Part shown: positions 25,501-39,882 of the stretch, piece by piece | Numbering within the stretch: position 1 is the stretch's first letter | Layout of the letters: each line of letters starts with the position of its first letter | Assembly (NCBI RefSeq): GCF_964204645.1 | Contig: NC_134026.1 | Location: forward strand, 22,230,150 to 22,294,149 | Length of the DNA: 64,000 bases | Direction: 5' to 3' | Source: Tubulanus polymorphus | Lineage: Eukaryota > Animalia > Nemertea | Translations under genes and position numbers: made by a program | Notes under the pieces: generated by a model | The model's input: the letters and a program-made list of their open reading frames with translations, nothing else | Told to the model about the DNA's origin: nothing | Databases searched by the model: none

Positions 25501-27861
25501 ATAATAGTAGTATCTATTCATCTTACGGAATAATGTAACAATCAATTGAATATGCCACCGAAAAGGATGGATGAATGGAACCTCAGGACAGGGAGAAAAA
25601 ATAACCAACACTGTCAGTTCCCAACCGCCGTGGGACTAGCGCGTACACTTTCATAGTTAATCAATTACACGAAGCCTATACCTTGAAGTAATCATTTGAT
25701 TACTCCAAAAGCCTACACTATAATTAACTGGAAGTCGAAATCTTAACATTACTTATAAGAGATAAGGTACTTAAAAATGGTTATTCTTAAACCTATAAAT
25801 TGGAAGACTCATAAGAATTCACAAACTCATCATTGTCTCATGAATTAAGATCAAAAGAGTTTAAGGATGAAAGTGCGAAAACTGACTGGCGACAATTCCC
25901 CATGACCTGACTTCAGGTGAGGCAAGTATCAAATCACAATTGAAGCCAGGTTCGATTTGAGTTGTGGCTGTCTCCACAAGAGAGATGTTAGAACAGTTTA
26001 AAATATGAACTCATTTTGGTGCCACTGAACCGAGCCTGGTAAATCAGTAGGACCGGTCCTAAGATTCTAAGACAATTTCTCGAACTCGTCACGCCTGTCG
26101 TTAGTTTGAACTACAAAATATAACTTACAAGCACTTTATAATTCTTGCGAACACTTGCATTTCGTATTACCGATCTCTTTTCCTTCTTGACCATTCTTTC
26201 GATACGGTCCAGTACAGCAGAGCCGCGTTATCGCAAAGCCAAAAGCGCCAAAAAACCAACCAACATTCAACCTCAGTAGCACTGGATCGGAAATTTTGAA
26301 TTTGTCAAGTCGTTATTCCGGGCTTGTTATAACGAGGTTTCAACACAATTAACACTACCATATAGTAGTCCTCATAATTGGACATGGAATTCATTCACTA
26401 ATGAAATGACATGAAATATATATTACATATACATATATTTTTTCAAAATTTCAAATAGTTCATAAGTCTATTCATGAACTTGTATGATAGTCATAGTACA
26501 TACTAACAAGGATTTATAGGTTCAGTGGTTATTCTTTTGTCTAAGATGTCTAATCTTGACTTATTCTAGGAATGCGTGCACAATAATTATGCTTTACACA
26601 TAGCAGGCAGTAGTAGGCCTATATACCCTTGAATTAAACCCTGCTATCGAGCTAATTATAAAATTCTAATCACTTCTTAGAGAGTAGAAAATAGATCAAG
26701 CTAATTCATCGCTAGGCGGCAATATACCAACTTTGTTGTTGGGGGTATGTTGAAACCAAAGGTGCATGACAAGCGACACTTGGCCACACTCAATGTCTTA
26801 ATAATTGATTAAACTCTAATTACACAAGGAGCCCGCCTGATGAAAACGACCCGCGTATAACAATCCAGCGCAGTAACAACTATATCAAAAATGCTATGAA
26901 CAAATAAACAATGCCTGTTAAGGGAAAACAAAGTGCCCAAATGAGAATGTTAGCAAGATTCCGAAAAATCCGAGGTGACGAACTATGCTCCGAATGAATG
27001 AAGATATTACGTGAACGATGAACTACAAAAATTATGTGCATGAAAAAGCGATTTGTTGTACGTACCATGATAATGGCACCAGCCATCTTGTCCACGGAAG
27101 TTTGCGAACTGCATGGCATCCTCTTATGAGCTACTCAAACGTAACCGTCGCGTTGACACTCTTAAGCAGGTGCACATTATGATTTTTGATGCCAGCTTAT
27201 AATGAATGATATGCATTCAATTTTTTATTCATTTTCATAGATATTAATCTGATAACCCTATTTAGCTGTTCTCCCATATTAAGTGGTCATTAACCTTGAT
27301 GATTATCATTTCATTCACATCTAAGTGACACGACAGGTGGTTTAGGACTTACAAATTTACCCTTTTCAAATATCTATCGACATTTTAGTGATTTTATAGT
27401 CTAGGCCTATATATATTCAAACTTCTTTTGACCCATTAACTACGCTCGCTGCTTCAAAAGGGACTCTATACCTTTACCATCAGCCACTACAACTAAGATA
27501 ATCCTAAAATTGGGCATGCAACCTAGACTAGGGGCTATGACCAATTATACCTATTATATCCATTCACTCTAGAACATATTTTTGAGAATGGTCCCTATCT
27601 CTCAACACTGTCAGAGCTATTATATTAGCTATACAGACATAGGTGCTTGCCTGTAAAGGAATCTTAATCAATATTTCGCGTTCAACAATCTTTCGAACTA
27701 TAAACCATAACCTCACTAGTATAGGGAATACAGGGAGTATGGGAAGAGTATAGGAGGTAGTAGGATGTAAGGAGTCCTGGGTATAAACCAACGATGCCTT
27801 CACCGATACAAGTACGCCACCGGACGAACACCGATCGTCCCGCAATCATCATCATCATTAC

Positions 27862-28290
27862 CTTGTATAATGGCGAGCTTTGAAAAGATTTATTTTTTGA
27901 ACTGTGTAGTCTATAGTATCGATCGCGTTGTTGATATTCGCGACTGCGACGACGAATACGCTGCTGTTGTTTTCGTTTATGAAACTGTTGTTGTTGCTGC
28001 TGCTGCTGCTGCGGTGGTTTGTCTCCGCCGAAATTCTCTCGTTGCATTGTCCCGCATTTTGAGCGTTAATCGAAGTAGCCGGCGTCGGCGCCCGGAGACT
28101 CGCTATGAAGACGACACATCTACTATGTACGCGGTCGGAATAATAGCGCGGCTGTGGTTGGACTGTGTAGAGCGAACACACATCTGAACATACGAGGAGG
28201 ACTCGTTCGTCGTTGGCTGTCGTGGTGTGCAGATGATGACGACAACGGGGGCCACTGATGGATGACTGACTGCCTAGCTGTCGCTTTTAA
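27862..28290 (-). promoter_or_regulatory. Candidate non-coding first exon/promoter of Rab3
   Basis: CpG-rich segment with (CAG)n(CAA)n, ending at a good donor AAG|gtaatg at 27862. The upstream boundary is approximate. Confidence 0.5.
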
Positions 28291-28354
28291 TCGATACGTT
28301 TATTATTTGTTCCCTAATATTTCGTTAACGATTGCTTCGATTATTCGAAATAAC

Positions 28355-28422
28355 AATCGAGGACCTGCTTCCATGGTTCTTAGATATTAATCGAGGACCT
28401 GCTTCCATGGTTCTTAGATATT
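28355..28422. repeat. 34-bp perfect tandem duplication
   Basis: aatcgaggacctgcttccatggttcttagatatt x2. Confidence 0.92.
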
Positions 28423-29175
28423 GAGTTTGACTCGATAGTTTGATAGTAAATTGTTCGATTAAACCTTAGTCAAATTCAGAACTGAGTCGAGAATCTCGGT
28501 GGAAATTTGACCAGTCGGTTAATGTCCCTGACAGATGTGGTGGGTTTGTAAGGGGCAGCAAATCAAATCAAAAAAGCGAGGAACTGTGGAACTGATGATC
28601 CAACTGTGGAACTCATTAACCAGACCACAGACAGTTAACATTTTGCGTTGAGGTTGAAGTTTTTTTTGTACCGACCAAAACATATCATTAAAACCGAAAA
28701 TAGTCCTGTCCACCGAACGAGGAAACTCATACTTGTTAAGGGGTAATCTGTTATCCTAAAAGCCCCTGAAGGGATGCCGTGATTTTACATTTAGTCACGT
28801 ATGTCGGCACAATTTTGCCGCGGTTTTCTAATTGGTTCAAAAACGACATGATTTCGTTTCGTAATTGAAACGAAAAACGCTCGGCGAAACATAAGAATTG
28901 ACATCATATATCTTGATAACAACACGATTTGATGGAAACGCTTTCATTATTCAAATCCCGAGCGATTTTGACACAACGAATAATGCAAATCCCATCATGT
29001 AAAGGCCGCCATGCCAAAGCTGTTTGGAGAGAAAAATAGTCGCGATCGTCTGAAAGCAAGTCAAAATTTATTTGAAGCATGGCCCATTCATTAAAGCATG
29101 AATTCATGCTTCCGTTCGCCGTATGTTCTACTAAGAGGAAGGGACGTTGAAAATCAGCAAAATCCGTTATTCAAT

Positions 29176-29518
29176 AGCCGCGATCACACGGACACGATTT
29201 GGCCCGGGCCAAATTGGCACGGATCAGGCTCGGGCCAAATTTGGCCCGTGCCTAATTAGAGAGCGCGTTCACAAGCAAACCATTCACTCGATACTAAACA
29301 ATGCTCAAACAAAGCGAAGTGGATCATTTCCGGTGCCAGTTGCAATTCAAACATAATCATTTGTCTGGTGCTAAAATTTGGCTCGGGCCTGGTCCGACGT
29401 TTTTGGTTGGGCCAAATTTGGCCCAGGTAAAACAGGCTTGGGCCCATTTGGCACCTGTGTGAACAGTTGTTCCGGGCCAAGTTTGGCACGGACCAAAAAT
29501 GCCTGTGTGATTGCGGCT
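29176..29518 (+). mobile_element. MITE family A, full-length copy with AAT TSD
   Basis: aat|agccgcgatcacac ... gtgtgattgcggct|aat; internal palindromic tttggcccgggccaaa motifs. Confidence 0.9.
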
Positions 29519-30485
29519 AATGATTAACGAAGGATTCGAAAAAATATTTCCCGGTTTTCAATAGAAAACTAATGAAATTGAACACAAGTAAAGCCTAGGG
29601 TTTAAGCCGTACCCGGCCTACAATGAATCCATCTTTGATTATTCCCATTACTGATTAGAGCCATCAGCACCTGCTACGGCGAGATAAAAGGAAATATTAT
29701 CAATAAAAGTCAACAGCAATCAGGCGAAAAAGAAAAGAATTCAGATTCCGGTGTACCCATCAGTACCCTGATCGGAAATAAGAGAGCGCCGCGATATTTT
29801 ACTTCGTTTACATGACAAAAGATTGAAGATAGAGACAGGTGTTGTCCGAACAGAGGATGGCGTACCGGGTGGTATTCATTGAAAGCAGTAATATTTACGC
29901 GGAAACTATAAGATCATAACTTCTTCCGTAAGTGGCCCAAAGCGAGGTACAAGACAATAACGTGTCGCTGTATGGAACGTCAAAATTCTTAAAAACTGGT
30001 AACCGAACCGGAATGAGCCTCTCAAAATCACCTTCAACTAATCGTTTTAGGTTCGTATCATAAAATAAGAAAAGTCTAAAACAAACAGGAATTATATATA
30101 ATTCTACTCAAAACCAGTATTGACTAAAACTGAACCACCCGAACCGGAATTAAGACTCGATGAAAACCAAAGAAACTCACCTTGAACGAATGAAAAAACT
30201 TTTTTATAATATTTTTTTTTCAAACAAATTTGGATGCTATTCCAAAACCTCCGAAACAAATGAGACACTACTTAAAACAAGTTGACTGCAAAATAACCAC
30301 AATGTGCACCCGCCTTTATTCATTTCTATAATTCATGTCTTTGATAATCAGGTCTTAGCGTGTACCACTCGAAAAATAGCGTTTGGTTGAGTGATCAAAC
30401 ACAAAATTTATCCGAACGTCTTTAGTATTGCCACTACATGGCTTACTGTTATATATCAAATACACCATGTTGATTTCGGCACCGG

Positions 30486-31035
30486 AACTAGGCCATCCCG
30501 TCAAATACTATACATTGATATGACCAGTCCTCGTTGTTTCACGGTTAAGTCGGCCAAATAGATAATAAATCACTACCGAGTTAAAATACTATCGTTTGAA
30601 AGATCTGAATTCATGTCCTTCACCTGACATTAATCTAATCTTAAAAAAGAAATCGACGATTATCCACCAACTTGGCAGAAGCGAGACAAACCACAGGCTT
30701 CAACAGTTCTCTCAGGCTCAGGCTCTACGAAATTACCATGCGTTATTTCCCATTACAATTTGGAGGGCCAATAGCTAAATTTAGCCAAGATAACTTATTG
30801 ACCCCGTTCCTAAGTTATGAGGTCATCTCAAGGTCATAACGCTGTCGCCTAGTTCTGCCGCACTGGGTCATTCTTTGCACTGCACAACTAGACCTCCATC
30901 CAAATGTTGAATGAAGTGTCATCAAGATCGACCCATTATTACAAAGCTAAGTAGCTGAAAGACAGACATACAGATAAGACGCACAAACAGTATGAGAATA
31001 AGGGTCTTCATGTATGAATGCGACCAATATTAACA
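30486..31035 (+). mobile_element. Old Helentron-type (HINE-like) element
   Basis: aactagg start, ttgacc/aaggtca motifs, degenerate (GACA)n, then a ggtc-ttcat..atgaa-gacc hairpin. Boundaries approximate. Confidence 0.4.
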
Positions 31036-32320
31036 ACAAATATTCCATCCGTCACATTGGACGTCAAATAGCAGTGAACTATGACCATTTATTTCAGTTA
31101 ACTGCTTGCGCTTAACGTCCAATACGACTCAGCTCTTCATAAGACAATTGCAAAACTTTCATGCAGTAGGCCAACGGTTTTGATGAATCCACCCACACGA
31201 GGATTTACCGGGACCTTCACTCGCAAGGTTATCATATCACTAAACACCTTTCCTCCACTGAAGATACTACTAAACAGATTTCAATTCCTGTCGCTTTAAG
31301 AGGGTTTGATAAACTCGAGATCGTTCTAATGCGAATTTATCAACAGCCTTGAATCAAAGCTCCATTTAGAAGCTTAGAGTCGCAACTCGACACTAAAAAC
31401 CAAATCCGATCAATAGCGTATATTTCCTGATTATCTCGCATTTGGTTAAACTTCAGAGCTTATTATCACCGAACTAAATGATCTACGCCTTTGTAGCGAA
31501 ACATTTTCAAATATCAAATATTCAATTTACAAAGCACATAGTTTAAATAGGCTATCAGAGTTGAATGTTGACAATTCACAAATCAATGTCTTGTCATATT
31601 GGATTAGTCTCAAGTGGACCTCTCAAGAGCCGTGTCTGTTTTAAACATTCCTACATATCACCACCTATCCGGCAGAGGTGGGACAATAATTTTTTCAAAA
31701 AAGAGTAATATTTATAATCAGACCTGCATATTTGTTCTAACTGAAAGAGCAAATATAGAGAAGTTATCATACAGTCTGTATTAGGCCGTGTATGAAACGA
31801 TCATATCTAACTGCATATCTAAATACAGCTGGCCGCAGCGAATTCGTTTCCCAAGTCATGTAAGAATTCGCAAATTATAACATGCAATAGAACGGGCGGT
31901 AATTATCATAATACTAATAAATCATCACAATTCCGATGAAACCGCGTCTCTAATAAATATACACACACGTATCACTTAAAATTGATCTCGGTCAAATCAA
32001 TACCCACGCATAGTCGTTATTAGGCAGCAGCAGTCGTTTCGAGATAATGCAATGGGGAATCGAATTCGACAGGGGTGTATCCCATCTAATCTTAAACGCA
32101 AAGATCTTTCGGCAGCGCATCAGGGTAGAGTCATAGAAACAAAAAGGCTTCAAGAGTGTAGGTTATTAATATAGGCTAAGCCATTTCAGTTTGAACATGC
32201 TTCACTCTATGTCTAAGAGTCGAGGGTTTGAATGACTAACAACAATCAATCAACATGTAGGAATGAAAAATGTTATTTCAATCAACATGAAAATGACACA
32301 TATTTATATCGAGATAGTTG

Positions 32321-32541
32321 CAGATCCAGGGGTAGATAGATTTCCATAAATTGCCCTTGCAATAGAAATTTTTATCATGTTAATATCTTTTTCAGAAAGC
32401 CATCAGACAGCGTGTCTTCAATTTTTCAAAACCTTTAAGGTGGAATCATTCTAGACCCGCACAAGCATAAACTCTTCACACCTTCAGAGGTTGCTAGTGA
32501 TTAAAAGAATGCCTCGTTCCCAAATATTGGCCCTGGATCTG
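32321..32541. mobile_element. Degenerate MITE
   Basis: Inverted ends cagatccaggg ... ccctggatctg. Confidence 0.5.
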
Positions 32542-32881
32542 TCTGTCAAGGCAATAAAGCAGTTTGTGTTACATCGAAAAATTCAGCAAAACGAAAAAAC
32601 AATTAGTGATATCTATAAAACAATTCAGGCATACAATCTGAAAGTGCTTGAAAGAAGTTTAGCAAAACATTAATTTTTGAATAAGAAAGAGTTAATTTTC
32701 AGCTCTCCATTAAATGCAATATGTAATTACTGATATTTCATGCAGTTTTAGAAGAAGCCACATACTACCAGTAGTGTAGATATAACACACTATGCCCAAC
32801 GCATTACTGGCAATACTCATGCAAACTGTAGATAGAGGGTTAGCAGCAGCGTAGTTGGGCTTAAAACAGTCACGTCATATA

Positions 32882-33969
32882 AAACTAGGGGTCCAGGGAC
32901 ACCATGCCCACTTGGGAAGTGGTTTCAAATGCTCAACAATCTTACAATTTCAACATTCAACACCCCCTGGTGACCATTTACAAAAACCAATGACCTTGAA
33001 ACTCACCACAATCATAGAACATGTCAGCAGCTATGATTTTGTAATTGATTGTGATAACAAAATATGCCTCGTTACCAATTTAATATGGAAATACTAAGTC
33101 ATTCTACTACTCAACGCCCCCTGGTGACCATATTCAAAACCAAATGACCTCGAAACTTACCACAATCGTAGAACATGTCACGAACTATAACTTTGTAATT
33201 GATCATGGTAACAAAATATGCCTAGGTACCAATATAATAAGGAAATACTAAGTTATTCTACTATTCAATGCCCCCTGGTGACCATATAGAAAAACTTATG
33301 TCCTTAAAACTCGCAACAATCATAGATGATGTCATGAGCTACAACTTTCCAATTGATTGTGGTTACAAAATATGCATAGGTACGAATATAATAAAGAAAT
33401 GCTAAGATATTGTATTATTCAACGCCCCCTGGTGGCCATATACGAAATCCAATTACCTTGAAACTCACCACAATCATAGAACACGTTATGAGCTACAACT
33501 TTCTAATTGATTGTGGTAGCAAAATACGCTTAGGTATCAATATAATGTGGAAAAACTTTTTCCCACTTACGAATGAGTACTGGTGACACCAAGATGGCCG
33601 CCAATTGCGTCATAATTGGCTGATGAAAAATACCTGTCTCAGGCATAAAACATCCCTTTCCAAAGAATACCCATCACAAATTGTAATGAGAAATGGCAAA
33701 CCAGTAGGAAGCTACATGACTCAGAATTCGGGCCAAAATTAACATTTTTGGGCACTAAAAAGGTCATAGGACGGCCATCTTGAGTCCGACCGACCCACTT
33801 TTTGTTATGTTGATGGGCCCTGGGGGGATTCACATATATCCGAAAGATCAAGGTAATTGATCAAAGCGTCTTCAAAATTTCCCTCAAAAAGTTCCGTCTA
33901 CGGACGGACGACGGACGAAAAGTGAACGCAATAGCCCGCTGGGACTGAAGTCCCAAGTGGGCTAAAAAA
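32882..33969 (+). mobile_element. Helentron-associated non-autonomous element (HINE/DINE-1-like) with a central tandem array
   Basis: Central 154-bp repeats, (CGGA)n microsatellite at 33901, 3' hairpin agcccgctgggact-gaa-gtcccaagtgggct, A-run termini. Confidence 0.75.
32955..33553. repeat. 154-bp tandem repeat, about 3.9 copies, each with a CTCF-like motif
   Basis: Motif YRCCCCCTGGTGRCCA starts at 32961, 33115, 33269 and 33423 (period 154). Confidence 0.92.
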
Positions 33970-34251
33970 CATAGTAAGGGATGGCAGGCGCAACATAATA
34001 ACATTCATTTTTCGTTCAGAGCAGAGTAATATAATAATATAGGTATCAAATATCATTCTCTAAATGGGAATGAGTTAGGTTATTGATAGGTTTATGATAG
34101 GTTATTGAAATTTGTACAACCTATATGCAGAGTGGCTACCTTGTTTTACAGTGGATTGGATCCATGATACAGGCTAGATTATCAGTACTGGTTATGGTAC
34201 AAAGACTATAAGGACCGATATTTACCCATAACTATGGGTTCATTCAACTAT

Positions 34252-34574
34252 TGCTGTGATCACGCAAACATTTTTGGCCCCTGCCACACAGGCATGAGCT
34301 AACCATTCACCCGGGTGCCAATGGGCCTGTGCTTGTTTGACCGGGGTCAAATTTGGCCCAAACAAAAAGTCGGACAGGCCTGTGTCAAATTTTTGCACGG
34401 GTCAAATCATAGCATGTGATTGCCTACCAGTTCTGGAAGTGACTCGCCTCGCTTTGTCACAGCATCGTTTAGTATCAAGAGAGTAGTTTACACGGGGACG
34501 CGTTCTGTAATTAGTTACAGGCCAAATTTGACTTGGGTCTGATCCGGACCAACCGTCTCCGCGCGATCGCGGCT
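34252..34574 (-). mobile_element. MITE family A, diverged copy
   Basis: tgctgtgatcacgc ... gcgcgatcgcggct; reverse orientation relative to 29176. Confidence 0.75.
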
Positions 34575-37500
34575 AATTAGTCACTTGAGTAAACTCCAGG
34601 GTTCAAGTCAAAAACATGTCTTTAATCTAACCTAAAGCCTGGCGCAGACGGGCGACTTTTGATCACCTGGTTGCCACAACCAGCAATCAGGAGAGCTTTA
34701 ACCAGTGGAACTGTGACCAAAAGCTTGCTTCATAGTCCAGATGACGATTAACCCCAGGAAAACAAATTAAAAACTGTTCATTCATTTCCATCTTGGTAAA
34801 GATTTTATCCCTGTAGGGAAAACCAGTTTCTAACATTTACCACTTAGTACCATGATACACATGAACTTATATTCCGTTGGTTTTTACAACAAACAATTCA
34901 GTAATTGGCGTGCAAAAATGAGTAGGCTGGCTTCAGCAATAAATAAGAAACAATTATGCCTGTGATTTCAACCAGTTAGCCTATTCAGGTTGTACACTAG
35001 TATTTTCTTTTTTAGGCAATAACAGATATGAAGAGAATTGACAGATTAAAGAATACATTGAGCGGTGATTCGTGTTAAAAACAGAGAAATATTTAGAATA
35101 AATACAACACAAAATGATGTGGTACCTGCATGAGCCCGTCTGCCCTCATTTCACGTTATAATACACGGCACTAAACAATCAAGAAGAAAAGAAAATACAT
35201 TTCTTACTCTGTAATAACCTTTGATACAAGCAGCGGTAGCAGTTCGATCATCGGCGAATATCATTAACGCTTTCGTATTCGAAGACATATTTACTGATAT
35301 TCGGCATCATCGAAAATAGTCCTCGGTTTAGAATTACAGCAGAACCTCATCACAAACCGTAAATTATGTCCCGAATTAGAAAATTTGACGACACCATATC
35401 ATACCAAACTATCGGTTAACATAACTGGGCTTTGGTAATAGATTTACAGATCCTGATATCGTTAATTATAATGAGGATGTTATGCTGTAGATTATTTACA
35501 AATGCCCGAAATGCGTTACCGGACATGGAATTTTATCCGAGCACGCGGCTTCTTGTCAGCAATCTCAAGCGCGAGCCTCGCTTGATGAATTATCATTCAT
35601 CTAAAATTTATAGCCTATATGTAAGTTGCAGCAAGACAACTAAGAGACACAGCCTTTCTCTCTAGGGAATTGGATCGAATTAAGAATTCGATCAGAATTA
35701 GATGCCGGTCGGTTGCCTCATACGAATTTAATGTTCACTTTACAGTAAATGATACAATTAATGCTGAATTGATTATCGACTAACCTAGTAACATCAAAGC
35801 ACAGACAGAAATGGTAAGTATTGAAACCTATTTAGGCCTACAGATTTTACTTGTAATGAGTTTTACACGCAAATCCTATATTTGAGCACAAGCACTTGAA
35901 TGGGTTTTCGATACTGGAAGTATAATTGATAATCCACAAGAATCCTACTTCGATCATCAGCCATTTTTAGAACAATGAATTTATCCATGATGCACCACAC
36001 ACCCTTTTCTATATCTATATTATACAGTAGGACAGGAAATGATCTTCTCTGCCCTAATGCTAAGTTTACGACCAATGATATTGGGATATAAACCAAACAC
36101 TACCATTGATAACCTAAGTTGGTTTCTGGAACGAGATTTTTATCCTGAATTATCATTCTAGATGACTATTAGATGACATTGGCCAATGTTATTACATATT
36201 AGTATCTGGCTAGAAAAATTATGAAATGTTCATCAATAAATGAGTGGGGAATTCAAATACGATCACTAGATGGCGTGTCATGGGTGCTTTGTCGGAAATA
36301 CCTGTATGCATCTTCGGGATTGCTGTGACGTCTGTCGTCCTGACTACAACGGATATAAGCTAAGCATTACTACTAAGAGATAGGACTGTTTCCTGCCTTT
36401 CTGTATAGAACAGATAGAAAAGGGACACGTGTTGATGATAATGGGTTAATTCCTTCGAGCTTGTATGTTGTTGGGCAGATGATGAAGAAATTGAACACTA
36501 CATATCAGCAGTAGTGATCACTAGTGGATATTTTGTTTTCACCAGTATCAAAGCCCATATTCAAGTGCCTGTGATTTGAGGTCCTCAGAGAAGCAAAATA
36601 GAAGAATTAGTGACTTTATCGTTCAGTTAAAACGGCATTCCCTGTTTGGCAAGTGAGCCAGAAACTGGGCTGGAGACGGAGTAGTCTAAAGTGGAATGTT
36701 ACAACAACCAAAACCATCAACTTTAACCTGCATAAAAAGACTCTGAAACGGCCGAAGCTTTATTCTTTACCCCTCATACTAGACTGTAGTTGATGAATTA
36801 CCATAAAATTGTATTCTGTACAAAAGTCTTGCCTAAAAAAGCAATGAATCTGGAGATTTACCTGAATTTCTTCTCACACTTCAAAATTCGGCTCCACAAA
36901 TTGAAATGAAGAATGTTTACTAACTACTAAGACCTCTAGCGCCATCTGACCGTAACAGAATTCGCGATTTTTATTAGGTTCGAATCCCGATCAAAATGAA
37001 TATTTAAAATGATATTGAATATTCATAGATTTCTCAATGATATCTATTTGAGTTATTCATATGGTATTGGCAGTAATTAGTCGTCTTGGCTACATGTATT
37101 TGCCATTGCCCATTGGACAGGTTTTTATTCCAACCTTATCAACGACGAGATTTTTCGGCCTAGAGTCCCAGCTACCACTGGGTGTGAACGGGTAGTGTTG
37201 GGATTTTTTTCGAATGTAAAAATTAATGAAAACGCTTTGTAAAAATTGTCTTCTTATACTTTGCCATCAACGTCGCATGTCTTATAAAAAGGAAAACAGA
37301 TACAAAAAAATTAGAATCAATCGAATTGTTACTGGGGGTACTGAGGGTACCGGGGACCCAAGGGCCCGCAAAGGAGTGACCCCCCCTTTGCTCATCTTGC
37401 CATTAAATCCTTATACCCTTAGCTAAGTTAGTTACCTAATCGTTGGTGGTAAGCTTTTTATAATCGGATGGATTTATGTGAAAATATCCGATCGTGAAAC

Positions 37501-39700
37501 TAAACCACAGACAGGTTACTGACTAACCCTTAGCGTGAAGGACAAGGCAGTTTAGATAAGCAGCGGACCAATCCCTCAATATTCTTTCGCGACTACGCGC
37601 GCTTGAAGTTTTCTCTTCGCAATTTTAGCCTTGATCGGGAGATTGACCTTAGTACTGAGTGCTCGGAAATTGGAAATAACATTTATCCGATCCGGTTTTT
37701 ACATACCGGGTATCAGTAAGTTATTTAGTCATTGTTATTGAGGTATTTTCAGCAGATGTTTTTGACATGAACAAAGTCATTAAACTATGCGTTGTGCATC
37801 GACTCTTTATAGAAATGTATAAGCAGTTGTTGATCAATGCTCTAAAGATATTCTTTAGAGCATGGACTCATGTTGAAATCATCCAGCTTTCCTGACCCGG
37901 ATTTAGTGTGTGATGCTCAGCTCAACCATCGACGATGTCTTCCCATACTTAGCTGTAAAACTATCATCAAAATTTTCTGCTTCACTTTCAATAACACAAT
38001 AGTATCCTAGTTTTCTTCCTTTCTTTGTCGTGCTTGTTTTGTAAAATTAATTAGCTTCTTGTATTCTTTTTTCATAAACTTGAACTTGAAATATACGGCG
38101 GGCGGGGGCAATCTGTGGTCGATTTCCGTGGCTTACTGGGTGTAGTTCCACACAGTTATGAATCTAAATATTCATATATTCATTTGGTCATCAAATAATA
38201 ATTAACTCTTAGCATGTAGCCACATTTTAACTGATCAGGTTTGGTTATAGGGACCACTGTTGAGGGTAGCACAAATTATAAAAAGATGCATCTCTACGAC
38301 AAAGGAAAATATTGAAAGTTCACCGCTTTTGGTGCAATTTCTAAACAATAAATGAAGTAGTTTCCAGGCAATAAATATCATCAAGAATGGTGTGCCTTTT
38401 TGTTGGAAATCATCTGTCTCGTCTCGTAATAATGTGCCCTTTCCTACTTATGGGATTGTTTTGGACGATTAAATGCGCCCTTTTTATTTTGAGAACGAAA
38501 TTTTTGCGACTACCATCTGAATCCATTCATCCATTCCCCTGGTGAATAAGGTAACAGAAAAACGACCGTGGGACAACGATCCTCTGCTTGACAAAAGAAA
38601 GAACACTGTGAGACAGGACAATAAACGAAAAACGACTGTGAGACACCATATTAACTATAAAATGTTTGTTTTATTTTTCGTAAGAAATTCAGATCTAAAA
38701 TAATCGTAATCTACTTCATAATGTAACAACCATGGTCAATAGATCGCCTGAAATTCGGCGTTTAACCAGTTTAAATTTCATTTGCTATTCGAATGGAGTT
38801 TACACCATCAATTATTACTAATCCGGTTAATTACAAAGTAAAACGTATCATTTATGAAATTATCCAAAACGGTTTTCTATTCAAAACACCCACAAGCAAT
38901 GCCCATTAATTGAATATTGAATGGATCTGTTTTTCATATACAAGTATTCAAATATGCCTTCTATAAAAAGGACTGAATACTAATTTCTAATTTGATTTCA
39001 TAGAATAAATACAGGGTTTTATGTTAGTGATGTACATGAATATTGGAATCTAATTCTGGTATTTTCAGTAAAGGGTTTATGTTCTACCAATGATCATCCA
39101 CGTCGGCCATAGAGAAACTGGCCTTATATCGACACAATCATACCTAAATTGATATAATGATGACACATACAATGTACCGATTACATTAAAATCTCTGAAT
39201 GTTAGAAATACTGAAAATCAGTGACCAGTTCTACAGGTCTTGGTTGGATTTGACTCTAGAGTTCAAAAAGTCTAATCTGAGGAGTCAAATATTAACTGGC
39301 GACTGCGAAACTGAGTCCAGTACGTTATATATTCTTGCCGATAATTGAAAATTCCGAGAAAAAAAAATTGTGGAACCACTTTACATAAAATCTCTTTGTT
39401 CGTTATATAATCAAAAGTTTATTACAACCAAAGTATGATCCAATCAAATTGTGTCATTTCTGCCTAAGTTTTCAGTTTGTTACATATGATAAATCGTTTC
39501 ATTGCATTTTGGTAAGGCAAGGTTCCACTGTTATCATGCAGCATTTGATTATTCACTTCGATGATAATCAAATTTTGTGATATAATAAGCTATGTTTAAA
39601 TGACTGACAACATTCAAAATGTTTGCTAATCAATACTCCCGAATATTAAGGCTATCTGATAACTTGTTTCAAAGATCACAAACGTATTTAATTATTGAGA

Positions 39701-39882
39701 TAAAGTAAAACCCGCTCGATCTGGAACATTTCGGGCCAATAATATTCATCTGGTTTCATGACAAAACAGATTGAAATCATGATATTCTATATATGTTTAA
39801 GTACAATTTGGTAACGGAAATATTTCAGATCGAAAACAATAATCTGAATTAATCTAATCCATATCAAGCGGGTCTTTACTGT
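39701..39882. mobile_element. Tc1/mariner-like MITE
   Basis: taaagtaaaacccgctcgat ... atcaagcgggtctttactgt. Confidence 0.55.

Noticed and set aside
27682-28187. Poly-Q/poly-A ORFs
   Set aside because: They arise from a (CAG)(CAA) tract in a probable 5' UTR exon; no domain similarity recognised.
37837-37863. 12-bp hairpin atgctctaaaga-tat-tctttagagcat
   Set aside because: Short, AT-rich and intergenic, with no supporting context.
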